From Phycisphaerales bacterium UBA6054 (GTDB lineage Bacteria > Planctomycetota > Phycisphaerae > Phycisphaerales > UBA1924), in NCBI GenBank assembly GCA_002429045.1, contig DIYM01000017.1, positions 5,580 to 69,579 of the forward strand: a stretch of 64,000 bases of DNA, written 5' to 3'. This document shows positions 45,408 to 54,858 of the stretch, piece by piece. The translations under genes were made by a program, and so were the position numbers. A model generated the notes under the pieces. The model was not told where the DNA came from and made no database searches. It was given only the letters and a program-made list of their open reading frames with translations. Numbering within the stretch: position 1 is the stretch's first letter; each line of letters begins with the position of its first letter.

Positions 45408-45658
45408 GCGGGCGCCGAAGGTACATCCCAGCGGAAGCCCGCGTCGACATCCTCCCGGTCGGCGAGTGGCATCGGCTCGCGCATGTCGTCATGGGCATGG
45501 AGGCCGAGATCGAGAACCGAGACGACATGGAGGCCGTCTTTCGATCGGTCAAGCGGGACGCACGACTGAGACATCCGGAGCTGATCCAGATGCAGCACTT
45601 CCGCCTGGTGCTGACATTGGTCCAGATCGGCCGCCGGTACCAGGCCAAGCATGGATGA
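45404..45658 (+). CDS. hypothetical protein (84 aa)
   Basis: ATGA overlap with the upstream gene. No family recognised. Confidence 0.45.
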   Translation: MSGRRRYIPAEARVDILPVGEWHRLAHVVMGMEAEIENRDDMEAVFRSVKRDARLRHPELIQMQHFRLVLTLVQIGRRYQAKHG

Positions 45659-45697
45659 CGGGGGTCATCCAAATCAAAGGGGATCGAGGTTCGATGA

Positions 45698-46303
45698 TTG
45701 TCACTCTCAGCAAAGCTCGCCACGGCGATCGGTGTCCCGATCTTCACGGCCCTGGGTCAGCTCGTCGCGAAGCGTGTCGCCAACCGAGCCCGTAAACGGA
45801 CTCGCGACTACTGGATGCGGATCATCGAGACACACCGCGAGATCCAGGCATGCATCGACGAACTCCGAACACGGACCGACGCATGCCGCGTGATGGTGCT
45901 CCAGGCGAACAACGGGAACGCACCTCGCGTCGGCTGCCAGCTCAAGAGCACGGCGATCTTCGAATCGATCGCGAACGGGATGCGTCCAGTGCTTCCCGAT
46001 TGGCAGGGCGAGTTGATCGACACAGACTACGCCAACATGCTCCGCGAGGTGCTGGCCGAAGGGCTCGCTGTCGTGGAGCGTGGCAAGCTGCCCAAGCGCT
46101 CAACGCTGCGGGCGTTGTACGAGGCTCATCAGGTGGACACGGCGTTCGTGTTCCTGATCGCTCAGGAGCCCGACAAGCTCGTCTACGGCTCGGTGAACAT
46201 CAAGGACCGAACGAGCGTCGCCATCCACACCCGCGAGGCAGTGCGGGCCGGCTCCACGCATCTGCGAGAGCTGTTCAGCGATTCGAGCCGTTGGAGGGCA
46301 TGA
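45698..46303 (+). CDS. hypothetical protein (201 aa) with N-terminal hydrophobic helix
   Basis: TTG start. LATAIGVPIFTALGQLV helix, then a soluble domain. No family recognised. Confidence 0.45.
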   Translation: MSLSAKLATAIGVPIFTALGQLVAKRVANRARKRTRDYWMRIIETHREIQACIDELRTRTDACRVMVLQANNGNAPRVGCQLKSTAIFESIANGMRPVLPDWQGELIDTDYANMLREVLAEGLAVVERGKLPKRSTLRALYEAHQVDTAFVFLIAQEPDKLVYGSVNIKDRTSVAIHTREAVRAGSTHLRELFSDSSRWRA

Positions 46304-46304
46304 G

Positions 46305-46568
46305 ATGAGCGGGCCACGAGAGCAGCTAAGCACACCGATCCAGATCAAGCATGAGCCCAATTGCTACTCCGCTCAACGCAAGGCATTCATGGAATCGAGA
46401 GATCCGAACGCGCTCCTAGTGCTTGACTCGATCCTCGCCGTCATATGTCTGATCTGTTTGCTCAGCGCAGTTTCGACATTCTACCAAGCCTCATTGATTG
46501 GCCGCTCGGGTCCTTCCCGGAGCCCCTTGAGCCGTCATACCTCGCGGAAGAGCACCCGTATTGAGTAG
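46305..46568 (+). CDS. small membrane protein (87 aa), GC-poor
   Basis: One TM helix (LLVLDSILAVICLICLLSAVSTF). Clearly lower GC than its neighbours, by eye. Confidence 0.45.
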   Translation: MSGPREQLSTPIQIKHEPNCYSAQRKAFMESRDPNALLVLDSILAVICLICLLSAVSTFYQASLIGRSGPSRSPLSRHTSRKSTRIE

Positions 46569-46604
46569 TGTTTGTTTGCGCAGCATCAGAAAAGGGACCG
46601 ACCA

Positions 46605-47003
46605 ATGCCGACCATATCCGACGTTCACACCGACCGGCTCGTTGTTCATACATGCTGGTGCGGTGTCAGGCACGCCATACCCAGTTCAGTCAGCCGCCAG
46701 GCAAAGAACAACCGGAAGAGTGTTTACTGCCCGCTCGGGCACAGTTGGGTCTACCGAAAGTCCAAAGCGGAGGAGCTGGAAGAGCAGCTCCAGAGGGAGC
46801 GGGCCACTCACGATCAAGTCCAGGCGCGACTTCGCGATGAGCTAAAGCAGACCGAAGCCCGGCGCCGCGGCGAGAAAGCCGCCAAGACCCGGCTCAAGAA
46901 CCGAGCGAAGGCGGGCGTCTGCCCATGCTGCAATCGCTCGTTCCAGAACCTCCGGCGGCACATGGAGACCCAGCACCCAGATTTCGCGTGTTCGGAGGAT
47001 TGA
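46605..47003 (+). CDS. zinc-finger/coiled-coil hypothetical protein
   Basis: The ATG follows AAGGGA by 8 nt. CWCG…CPLGH, a central coiled coil, and C-terminal CPCCNRSFQNLRRHMETQH (C2H2-like). Confidence 0.5.
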   Translation: MPTISDVHTDRLVVHTCWCGVRHAIPSSVSRQAKNNRKSVYCPLGHSWVYRKSKAEELEEQLQRERATHDQVQARLRDELKQTEARRRGEKAAKTRLKNRAKAGVCPCCNRSFQNLRRHMETQHPDFACSED

Positions 47004-47507
47004 TTGGCAAAGCGGCCCAGAAAATCGGCAACGCCCGAAGCCATCGACATGGCTGTTCTCGCACTGGTTCGCGGGGCGACGGATTCTGCGATCGCTGCCG
47101 AACTCGTCTCCGCAGGCACCCCGCGTGACGATGCGGGGCTGGTTCTGACCGAAGCCCGGAAGCGGGTACAGCTCACCGCCGACTACAACCGCGACGAGCA
47201 GCTCGGGCTCGCGATCTGCAGGCTGACCAAGATCGTCGAGGCCAACATCGATAACAAGATCAGCGAAGCCCAGAGCGTTGCCCTGCGTGCCCAGAACGAA
47301 CTCAACAAACTCCTACGTCTCCATGAGGTCAGGAACGGCGTGACCGGGGAACCCCAAGAAGACGACAGCGCCGAACGGATCACCGATCTCAGCAAGGTGC
47401 GCGAACATCTGGCCCCGCTGTTCAACGTCCCAGAGGATTACCCAGCCCCAGAGCTTGCCAGGATGGCAGCTGAACGCATCAGGATGGCCGATGGTGGCGA
47501 AGACTAG
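47004..47507 (+). CDS. small terminase subunit candidate (by position only)
   Basis: 167-aa helical protein immediately upstream of, and overlapping, the large terminase. No motif recognised. TTG start is uncertain. Confidence 0.4.
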   Translation: MAKRPRKSATPEAIDMAVLALVRGATDSAIAAELVSAGTPRDDAGLVLTEARKRVQLTADYNRDEQLGLAICRLTKIVEANIDNKISEAQSVALRAQNELNKLLRLHEVRNGVTGEPQEDDSAERITDLSKVREHLAPLFNVPEDYPAPELARMAAERIRMADGGED

Positions 47508-49566
47508 GAGACTCGACTACGAGCGAGTGAAGGACGACGCAGCCCGACGCCGCCGCGAAATCAGCCGGGCGGGGCGTGACATCGGCGACATCCCTCCCAT
47601 CCGAAACACCAAGCTCCGCCGTCAGTGCGAACGCCATCTGCAAGCGTACTGCGAGACGATGTTCCCCGAGCGTTTCCAGCTCGCATGGTCGAAGAACCAT
47701 CTTCGCGTTCTCTCGCTGATGGAACGCACGATCCGCGAAGGCGGACGCATGGCACTCGCGATGCCCCGCGGCGACGGCAAGACATCCATCGCGGAGTGTG
47801 GCGGGTGCTGGGCGACGATGAACGGGATCCACCGATTCATCATGCTGTTCGGCGCAGCCGGGCCCGCCGCAATCCAGATCCTTCAGAACATCCAAACCGA
47901 ACTAGCGACGAACGACGAGCTGCTGGCGACCTATCCCGAAGTTGTCTATCCGATTCGCTGTCTTGAAGGTGAGGCGCGCCGCGCCAAGGGCCAGCTTCAC
48001 CACAACGAGCGGACGCACATCGCATGGTCCGACAATGAAATCCGCTTCGGCATGATCCCGGGAGCACGGGCCTCCGGAGCAATCATCCAGACCGCGGGCC
48101 TCGACGCCAACTTCCGAGGCCGGCGTGTGATCCTGCCGAGCGGAGAGTCTGCCCGGCCGTCGCTGGCCATCCTCGACGACATCCAGACCGACGACTCGGC
48201 CCGAAGCCCGACACAGTGTGAGGTCCGCCGTCGGAAGATTGAAGGTAGCGTCGCAGGTCTCGCCGGCCCCGGGCAAGAGTGCTCCATGATCTTCCCATGC
48301 ACCGTGATCCAGCGAGGCGACGTCGCCGACCAGCTGCTCGATCGGAAACAGAACCCGGGATGGCGGGGTGTTCGGTTCAGGATGCTGGAGGCATTGCCCG
48401 AGAACGACGACCTCTGGGAACGGTACGCGCAGCTGCGCGAGGAATCCCTCCGATCCGAGCGCGAAGACATCAGCATGGCGACCGAGTTCTACATCGCCAA
48501 CCGGAAGGCGATGGACAAAGGCGCTGTCGCGGCCTGGCCAGACCGTTTCAACGCCAAGAAGGGCGAGGTCTCAGCCATCCAGCACGCGATGAACATCAAG
48601 CTCGACGACGAGCCCGCGTTCTTCGCGGAGTACCAGAACGAGCCGCTCGACGAGGCCGCAGCCGACGACGTTCAGCTCGTCGCTTCGGACATCGCCGCCC
48701 GGACCAACGGCCTACCCGCCGAGGCGATCCCGCCCGAGACTGATTTCCTGGTTGCGGCGATCGATGTTCAAGCGAAGGTGCTTTTCTACCAGGTCGTCGC
48801 GATCTCGCGGAGGTTTGGTGGATCTGTGATCAAGTACGGATCCTGGCCTGACCAGCGGCGGGCATACTTCACGAATCGCGACGTCAAACGGACGATGGGA
48901 CGGGCGAAGCCAGGCGTCGCATTCGAGGCCCAGCTCTATCACGCGCTTGAGCAACTGACGAACGATGTCTGCGGGCGGGAATGGCACGACACCGAGGGTA
49001 ACCCGCGCCGGGCTGACCTGTGTCTGATTGATCAGAACTGGGCACCCTCGACCGAGGTTGTGTTCAAGGTATGCCGAGCGAGCCCGTACGCGGCGCAGTT
49101 GATGCCAGCGCGCGGAAAATATTACGGTGCTTCGACCCGACCGCTCGCCGAGCGGAAGAGGAAGCGTGGCGAGCGGGCCGGCCTGAACTGGTACATCTCC
49201 GCAGCGAAGGGCCGCGTGCGCCATGTCACATTCGACACGAACTGGTGGAAGACGTTCCAGGCCGCCCGCCTCGCGGTCCCTCTCGGAGACCCGTCCGCGC
49301 TGGCGCTGTTCGGAAAGACAGGTCAGGACCATCGGATGTTCGCCGATCAGCTTGTCGCCGAGCGTCCCCACCGCGTTGAGGGCAGCGGTCGGGTTGTGGA
49401 CGAGTGGAGGCTGAAACGCCCCGGTCTGGACAATCATTTCACCGACACCAACGTCATGTGCCTCGTCGCCGCGTCGATCCAGGGCGCGAGTCTTGAGGAC
49501 CAGGAGCAACCGCGGGGCCGCCGTCGTCGCCGCGTCACCCAGCAGCAGATGAGGGCCACCGGATGA
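47491..49566 (+). CDS. terminase large subunit
   Basis: About 690 aa. Walker A-like AMPRGDGKTS, LAILDDIQTDD (Walker B-like) and a C-terminal nuclease-sized region. Its position is upstream of the portal gene. Confidence 0.8.
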   Translation: MVAKTRRLDYERVKDDAARRRREISRAGRDIGDIPPIRNTKLRRQCERHLQAYCETMFPERFQLAWSKNHLRVLSLMERTIREGGRMALAMPRGDGKTSIAECGGCWATMNGIHRFIMLFGAAGPAAIQILQNIQTELATNDELLATYPEVVYPIRCLEGEARRAKGQLHHNERTHIAWSDNEIRFGMIPGARASGAIIQTAGLDANFRGRRVILPSGESARPSLAILDDIQTDDSARSPTQCEVRRRKIEGSVAGLAGPGQECSMIFPCTVIQRGDVADQLLDRKQNPGWRGVRFRMLEALPENDDLWERYAQLREESLRSEREDISMATEFYIANRKAMDKGAVAAWPDRFNAKKGEVSAIQHAMNIKLDDEPAFFAEYQNEPLDEAAADDVQLVASDIAARTNGLPAEAIPPETDFLVAAIDVQAKVLFYQVVAISRRFGGSVIKYGSWPDQRRAYFTNRDVKRTMGRAKPGVAFEAQLYHALEQLTNDVCGREWHDTEGNPRRADLCLIDQNWAPSTEVVFKVCRASPYAAQLMPARGKYYGASTRPLAERKRKRGERAGLNWYISAAKGRVRHVTFDTNWWKTFQAARLAVPLGDPSALALFGKTGQDHRMFADQLVAERPHRVEGSGRVVDEWRLKRPGLDNHFTDTNVMCLVAASIQGASLEDQEQPRGRRRRRVTQQQMRATG

Positions 49567-49736
49567 TGGGACGATCAAAGAAGCCCGCGGAGCCCGAGAA
49601 GGGGATCCGCTGCCCGAAGTGCAACTGTGGCGATCTCCGAGTCCTCTACACCCGGAAGGCCAAGCGGGGAATCCGTCGCGTTCGCCGCTGCCGGTTCTGC
49701 GGGAGACGGATCAGCTCGATCGAACGCGCCACGTAG
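49563..49736 (+). CDS. 57-aa CxxC-x22-CxxC zinc-ribbon protein (not in the ORF track)
   Basis: The ATG overlaps the terminase stop. Translation is MMGRSKKPAEPEKGIRCPKCNCGDLRVLYTRKAKRGIRRVRRCRFCGRRISSIERAT. Confidence 0.45.
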   Translation: MMGRSKKPAEPEKGIRCPKCNCGDLRVLYTRKAKRGIRRVRRCRFCGRRISSIERAT

Positions 49737-49742
49737 CAGATT

Positions 49743-50033
49743 TTGTACACATCTGTACGATCTGCGGGCATCTTTGCCTTTGACACAAAGATCCGATCCG
49801 GCTTGGTGTATCAGCATGTCGTGAGCGGAACACCGACCAACGCGCAGCAGCAGATCGAGCAGGCGATCAACGAGCCGGCCCGCGCTCGCGATAACGCGAT
49901 CGAGGTCCAGAATCGATCCGTCGATGAACTCATCAAGGCCGACAAGCATCTTCGCGGATCGCACGCAGCCAAGAGCCCGTTCAGAGCAATCAAGCGTGCG
50001 ATGATCAGGTTCGGAAGCTCGGGGGGGATCTGA
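49743..50033 (+). CDS. gpW-like head-tail joining protein candidate (start uncertain; GTG at 49821 gives 70 aa)
   Basis: It occupies the lambda gpW slot between terminase and portal. Its stop overlaps the portal ATG (TGATG). The small helical protein …IEVQNRSVDELIKADKHL… is loosely gpW-like. Confidence 0.4.
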   Translation: MYTSVRSAGIFAFDTKIRSGLVYQHVVSGTPTNAQQQIEQAINEPARARDNAIEVQNRSVDELIKADKHLRGSHAAKSPFRAIKRAMIRFGSSGGI

Positions 50034-51544
50034 TGGGCTGGCTCCAGAGATTCTCAGGGCGTGCCCGTGGCGTCTCGTCGGTGATCCGCGTTGGCGCATC
50101 CCAACGCCGGGCAGGCAGCGCCAGTGCGTTCATGCGTGCGTTCTACGAGTCTGCCGAACCAGGCGGCGATGACGCCAAGCACTGGACCAAGGCGGGGTCG
50201 TTCTCCGCGCGCCAGATCAACAGCCCGGAGGTCCGCGAGACACTCCGGAATCGATGCAGATTCGAGGTCGCCAACAACAGCATGGCCCGCGGCATCGTCG
50301 ACACGCTCGCCGACACACTGATCGGAGACGGCCCCCGAGCGCAGATCGCCGATGACGAGTCGCTGTCACGCGAGGACGCCCAAGCGGTGGAGAGGGCCTG
50401 GAACGACTGGTGCGACGACATCAACCTGTGGGAGAAGCTCCGCACTGGTCGGAAGGCGAAGGCGCACGACGGAGAAATCTTCTTCGTCAGGACAACCAAC
50501 CAGGCTTTGGGCGGTATCACGCTCGACATCGTGCCCGTGGAGGCTGAACGCGTCGCGCACCCCCGTCAGGTCGACCGGGATCCGCGAGAGGTCGATGGCA
50601 TCCGATTCGACGCGGCCGGGAACCCCAGCGAGTACCGAGTCCTCCGCTACCACCCCGACGATAACTTGCTCGGGATCGATGTTGACGAACACGACTGGGT
50701 CGACGCGGGCGACGTGATCCACTACTTCACCCGCGACCGTGCGGGTTCCGTGCGTGGGATCCCCGATCTGACACCCGCGTTGTCCGGGTTCGTCAACCTG
50801 CGTCGATTCACCCAAGCGGTCATCAAATCGGCTCGCACCGCCGCTTCGATGTCCAAGGTGATCCAGTCGGATCTACCGGTCGACGCCGATGGGGAGATCG
50901 ATTCGGCCGACCCGTACGACGAGATCGAGATCCCCGAAAACCACGCGCTGGTCCTGCCCGAAGGCTGGAAGCTGAACGGGATGAAAGCCGAGCAGCCGAC
51001 GACTACCTTCGGAGAGTTCCGACGCCATGTCGCCAACGAGATCGGTCGTTGCCTGGGGATGCCGGTGAACCTCGTCCTCGCCGATTCGAGCCAGCACAAC
51101 TACGCGTCGGGCAAGCTCGATCACGCGACATGGTTCCAGAAGCTCCGCGTCGATCGACAAGAAGTCCGTACGAAGATCCTCAACCGGATCTTCCTCTGGT
51201 GGTTGGAAGAGGCCCAGCGGACGGATGTGCTTCCGCAGGCAGCCCGCCGCGCCCGTCCTCCGATCCGACCGACCTGGACCTGGCCGACACCACAGCACGC
51301 CGACCCGAGCAAGGAAGCCAACGCGATGAAGGTCCGGCTTGAGACCGGAGTCACAACGCTGGTTGAAGAGTGCGCGGCCCTCGGTCACGACTGGCAGGAT
51401 GTCTTGGAGAACCGCGAGCGTGTGCAGCGTTTCGCGTCCAGGCTCGGGATCACGGTCGCCCCCAACACCCCCGAGGCCCGGCCCCCCGCATCCCCCGAGG
51501 GGTCGGGCCAGGGGGTCAACACACGGGAGGACGACGATGAGTAG
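50033..51544 (+). CDS. portal protein (lambda-family-like)
   Basis: 503 aa. The N-terminal pattern …FYESAEPGGDDAKHW…SARQINSPEVRETLRNRCRFEVANNSMARGIVDTLADTLIGDG resembles lambda-family portals. Gene order agrees. Confidence 0.85.
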   Translation: MGWLQRFSGRARGVSSVIRVGASQRRAGSASAFMRAFYESAEPGGDDAKHWTKAGSFSARQINSPEVRETLRNRCRFEVANNSMARGIVDTLADTLIGDGPRAQIADDESLSREDAQAVERAWNDWCDDINLWEKLRTGRKAKAHDGEIFFVRTTNQALGGITLDIVPVEAERVAHPRQVDRDPREVDGIRFDAAGNPSEYRVLRYHPDDNLLGIDVDEHDWVDAGDVIHYFTRDRAGSVRGIPDLTPALSGFVNLRRFTQAVIKSARTAASMSKVIQSDLPVDADGEIDSADPYDEIEIPENHALVLPEGWKLNGMKAEQPTTTFGEFRRHVANEIGRCLGMPVNLVLADSSQHNYASGKLDHATWFQKLRVDRQEVRTKILNRIFLWWLEEAQRTDVLPQAARRARPPIRPTWTWPTPQHADPSKEANAMKVRLETGVTTLVEECAALGHDWQDVLENRERVQRFASRLGITVAPNTPEARPPASPEGSGQGVNTREDDDE

Positions 51545-53606
51545 GCGAAGCAAGCAGCGCCGCCGCGGCAAGATCCGGGCCAACGACGCGTCGAGCCTGG
51601 TCAAGTTCTCCGCGGGCGCATCCTGCGACATCGTCGCCCAGGACGGCCAAAAGGGACGCCCGAAGATCAGCATGATCGCATACACCGGTGACGCGATGAA
51701 GGTCGGGTTCGGATTCCCCGTCGTTGTCGACCTGGCCGGCATGCGAATCTCCGCCAAACAGCGCCCCCTCTTCGCGGACCACCGCCCCGATCAGGTCGTC
51801 GGGCACACCACTGCCATCCGGAAGACCGTCGCCCAGCTCGAAGTCGAGGGCGTCCTCAGCGGACACAACGCAAAGACCGAAGAGATCATCGCAACCGCGG
51901 GGAACGGGTTCCCTTGGCAGGCATCCATCGGTGCCGACATGGTCCGCCGCGAGTTCGTGCGCGCAGGCGCGTCAGTCAAGGTGAACGGTCGCACGTTCCG
52001 AGGTCCGCTGATCGTCGCCCGAGAAACGGTTTTGAAGGAAGTCTCCGTCGTGTCGCTTGGCGGCGACGACAACACCAGCACCAGCATCGCCGCGAGACGG
52101 CGGGAGGCCCATATGGACGAGTTCGAGAAGTGGCTCAAGGCCAAGAACATCAACCCGGACTCGCTCGATGACGCAACGCGGGACTACCTCGAAGCGTCCT
52201 TCAAGGCAGAGACTGGGACTGACGGCGGGAATCCGCCCGCGAACGGTACAGTGACCGCCAGCGCCGGCGATGTCGATAGCATGGTCGGCGCGATCCGGGG
52301 CGCGGCAGCCTCCGAGCACCAGCGAATCGCCGACGTCAGCGCGATCCTGCAGGACCACCCGCAGTTGCGTGCGAAGGCCGTAGCCGACGGCTGGGACAAG
52401 ACCAAGGCCGAGCTGGAGAAGGTCAAGGCGGAGCGTCCGACCGTCAACGGGATTACCCGCGCGGGCAGCGGTGAAAACGGACAGATCAGCGCGAAGGTCA
52501 TCGAAGCCGGCCTGCTGAAATCAGTGGGCATGGACAACAAGACCCGTGAGTCGCATTTCGATGAACGGACGCTAGAAGCCGCTCGCGTGTTCGAGCACAT
52601 CGGCCTTCAGGACCTTGTCCGCCTGGCGTGCATGGCCGAGGGTGTGTACACAAGCCCGGTCCTCGACAACGGCATGATCGAGGCCGCGTTCTCGACCACC
52701 GCCCTCCCCGGCATCCTCGAAAACACCCTGAACAAGCTGGCGCTGCAGGCCTACACAGCATCCGAAATCCAAGCCATGCGTATCGCCCGGGTCACCAGCA
52801 CGCCCGACTTCAAGCAGGTCTCGCGCCTGCGCATGTTGGGCACTGGTCGATTCTCGCGCGTGGGTGCGGGCGGTGAACTTCAGAGCGGGACGATCAGCGA
52901 TCAGAAGTACACCAACCAGGCAGACACCTTTGGCCAGGCGCTCGCGATCGATCGCCAGACGATCTACAACGACGATCTCCAGATGCTCCGGGACGCCGCG
53001 ACCGAGATCGGTAATGAGGGCCGGGAGATCCTCAACGAGATCACCTTCGAGGCGCTTCTCGCGGCGGACGGGAACTACTTCACTGCCGAGAACACCATCA
53101 CCGGCGCCGGAACCGAGTTGAACGAGACGTCGCTCAACGCTGCGGCGACGAAATTCATGAAACAGAAGGCGGGGCCGGGCAACAAGGCCAAAGACAAGCG
53201 CTCGATCAACATCGAGCCTGCGATCCTGGTCGTGCCGCCGGAGCTGATGGTCAAGGCGCAAATCCTGGTCGGGTCCAACGACATCCGCCCGGGCGGGTCG
53301 AACTCCGATGACTCACGCGGCAACTACAACCCCTGGCGTGGGCGGTTCCGCGTCGTCGTCGCTCCGCATCTCTCCGACGACTACTTCTCGGGCGCCAGCC
53401 CGATCCGCTGGTTCCTGATGGCCGATCCGAACCGACTGCCCGCGCTCGAACTCACGTTCGTGCGCGGCGTTCAGGAGCCGCGGGTGGAGCGGATCCAGCT
53501 GCCCGGAAACCAGCTGGGCATCGGGTACCGGGGCTATATCGACGCGGGCGCGGCCCGGATGGACCCCAAGGGCATTGTCCGATCGGACGGAACACCCGCC
53601 GCGTAA
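51537..53606 (+). CDS. prohead protease-like / scaffold-like / major capsid fusion protein
   Basis: 689 aa. The N-terminal region (about 170 aa) resembles HK97-type prohead protease (…PLFADHRPDQVVGHT…EVSVVSLGGDDNT…). The middle is helical and charged. The C-terminal region (about 350 aa) is capsid-like and is followed by a DUF2190-like gene. Confidence 0.7.
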   Translation: MSRRSKQRRRGKIRANDASSLVKFSAGASCDIVAQDGQKGRPKISMIAYTGDAMKVGFGFPVVVDLAGMRISAKQRPLFADHRPDQVVGHTTAIRKTVAQLEVEGVLSGHNAKTEEIIATAGNGFPWQASIGADMVRREFVRAGASVKVNGRTFRGPLIVARETVLKEVSVVSLGGDDNTSTSIAARRREAHMDEFEKWLKAKNINPDSLDDATRDYLEASFKAETGTDGGNPPANGTVTASAGDVDSMVGAIRGAAASEHQRIADVSAILQDHPQLRAKAVADGWDKTKAELEKVKAERPTVNGITRAGSGENGQISAKVIEAGLLKSVGMDNKTRESHFDERTLEAARVFEHIGLQDLVRLACMAEGVYTSPVLDNGMIEAAFSTTALPGILENTLNKLALQAYTASEIQAMRIARVTSTPDFKQVSRLRMLGTGRFSRVGAGGELQSGTISDQKYTNQADTFGQALAIDRQTIYNDDLQMLRDAATEIGNEGREILNEITFEALLAADGNYFTAENTITGAGTELNETSLNAAATKFMKQKAGPGNKAKDKRSINIEPAILVVPPELMVKAQILVGSNDIRPGGSNSDDSRGNYNPWRGRFRVVVAPHLSDDYFSGASPIRWFLMADPNRLPALELTFVRGVQEPRVERIQLPGNQLGIGYRGYIDAGAARMDPKGIVRSDGTPAA

Positions 53607-53688
53607 GCCTGCTCTTTCTCACCCCTCTGTCCCGCCACCGCGGGGCCGGGGATTTTCAAGCAAGACACACCAACCCCGGGAGCCGCAA

Positions 53689-54045
53689 ATGGAAGCCCAA
53701 CACGTCCAGAGTGATGCCACCGTCACGATCACCGCGCCCACCAATGTCGCGAACGGCCAGGTTCTCAACTACGGATCTTCCGGCGTCGCGATCGCGCAGG
53801 CCCCGCAGACCACGGGCCGTCCAGTCGGTTGCGCGATCAAGGGCGTCTACGAGTTCAACAAGGCTCCCGCTGGTGTGTCCTACGCGGCCGGTGATCTGGT
53901 GGGCTGGGACACAGCCAGCAGGCTGGCCCGGGCTTTCACCGCCGGCGCCAGCCGCTACCTCGGGATCTGCCACGAAGACGCCGCGAGCGGTGACTCGACG
54001 ATCCGTGTTCGCATCAACGAGGTGGCGACTCCCGCCGTCCCCTGA
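53689..54045 (+). CDS. DUF2190-like head decoration/cement protein candidate
   Basis: GGGAG upstream of the ATG. 118 aa and beta-rich, with GDLVGWD… and GICHEDAASGDSTIRVRI. It sits directly after the capsid gene. Confidence 0.55.
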   Translation: MEAQHVQSDATVTITAPTNVANGQVLNYGSSGVAIAQAPQTTGRPVGCAIKGVYEFNKAPAGVSYAAGDLVGWDTASRLARAFTAGASRYLGICHEDAASGDSTIRVRINEVATPAVP

Positions 54046-54419
54046 TGCCCGACGACATGTTCCAACGCGGCGGCCGGATGATCGAACGGGTAAGGGCGAC
54101 CTCCCTGTCCCACCCGATCGTCTATCGCCGTGCGGGACAACCCGACCTGGCCATCAACGCCACCATCGACTCGTCGGAGGTCGAGACAGTCACCGAGGGC
54201 GGGCTCGGGATCATCCGCCGCATGCGGGACTTTCTCGTCGCAACGGCGGATCTGGAAGACAACGGCGTCCTATTCAAACCCGAAGACGGCGACACCATCA
54301 GCGAGACCGTCGACGGCCTGACCACGGACTGGCGTGTGACGAGGCTCGACGGGCAACCCGCATGGATGTTCGACGACTACACGGACCAGCGGATCCGCAT
54401 CCATGCGGAAAGGAAGTGA
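54045..54419 (+). CDS. head-tail connector/adaptor candidate
   Basis: TGATG overlap with the upstream gene. 124 aa. Called by position in the head-tail joining module. Confidence 0.4.
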   Translation: MPDDMFQRGGRMIERVRATSLSHPIVYRRAGQPDLAINATIDSSEVETVTEGGLGIIRRMRDFLVATADLEDNGVLFKPEDGDTISETVDGLTTDWRVTRLDGQPAWMFDDYTDQRIRIHAERK

Positions 54420-54423
54420 GCGC

Positions 54424-54858
54424 ATGACCAGCACCGTCGAACTCGCCCGAGGCGTCGAGCGGATGCTCACCCAGGCCGGCATCCAGCCGGGTGTGCGTGT
54501 GTCCTACGCGCCCGAAGCAGAGAAGGGCAATCGGGGGCAGCCGATGGCGTACATCCTCCCGGATGGCATCTTGTCCCAGCGTCGCCAGCGGGCTGGGACC
54601 AACACCAAGCAACGGACGATCGGCGTCGTGCTGATCCGCGATGCCGAGCCCAACGCGGACCCGCCCTCGACCGTCGAAGGGATGCTCGGATTCGTAGATC
54701 AGATCATGGATCTGCTCGCAACGAACCCGCCGATCGACGAAGAGGACAACCCGCTGGCCAAGGCCGGCGATATCGACGCCGACCCGATCTACTCGGCGGA
54801 CCAGCTCGCCCAAGGCGTGTTTGTCGCGACCATCAGAGTGGAGTATCTCTTCGCGTGA
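54424..54858 (+). CDS. head-tail joining module protein
   Basis: AAGGAAG upstream of the ATG. 144 aa. Position-based call. Confidence 0.4.
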   Translation: MTSTVELARGVERMLTQAGIQPGVRVSYAPEAEKGNRGQPMAYILPDGILSQRRQRAGTNTKQRTIGVVLIRDAEPNADPPSTVEGMLGFVDQIMDLLATNPPIDEEDNPLAKAGDIDADPIYSADQLAQGVFVATIRVEYLFA

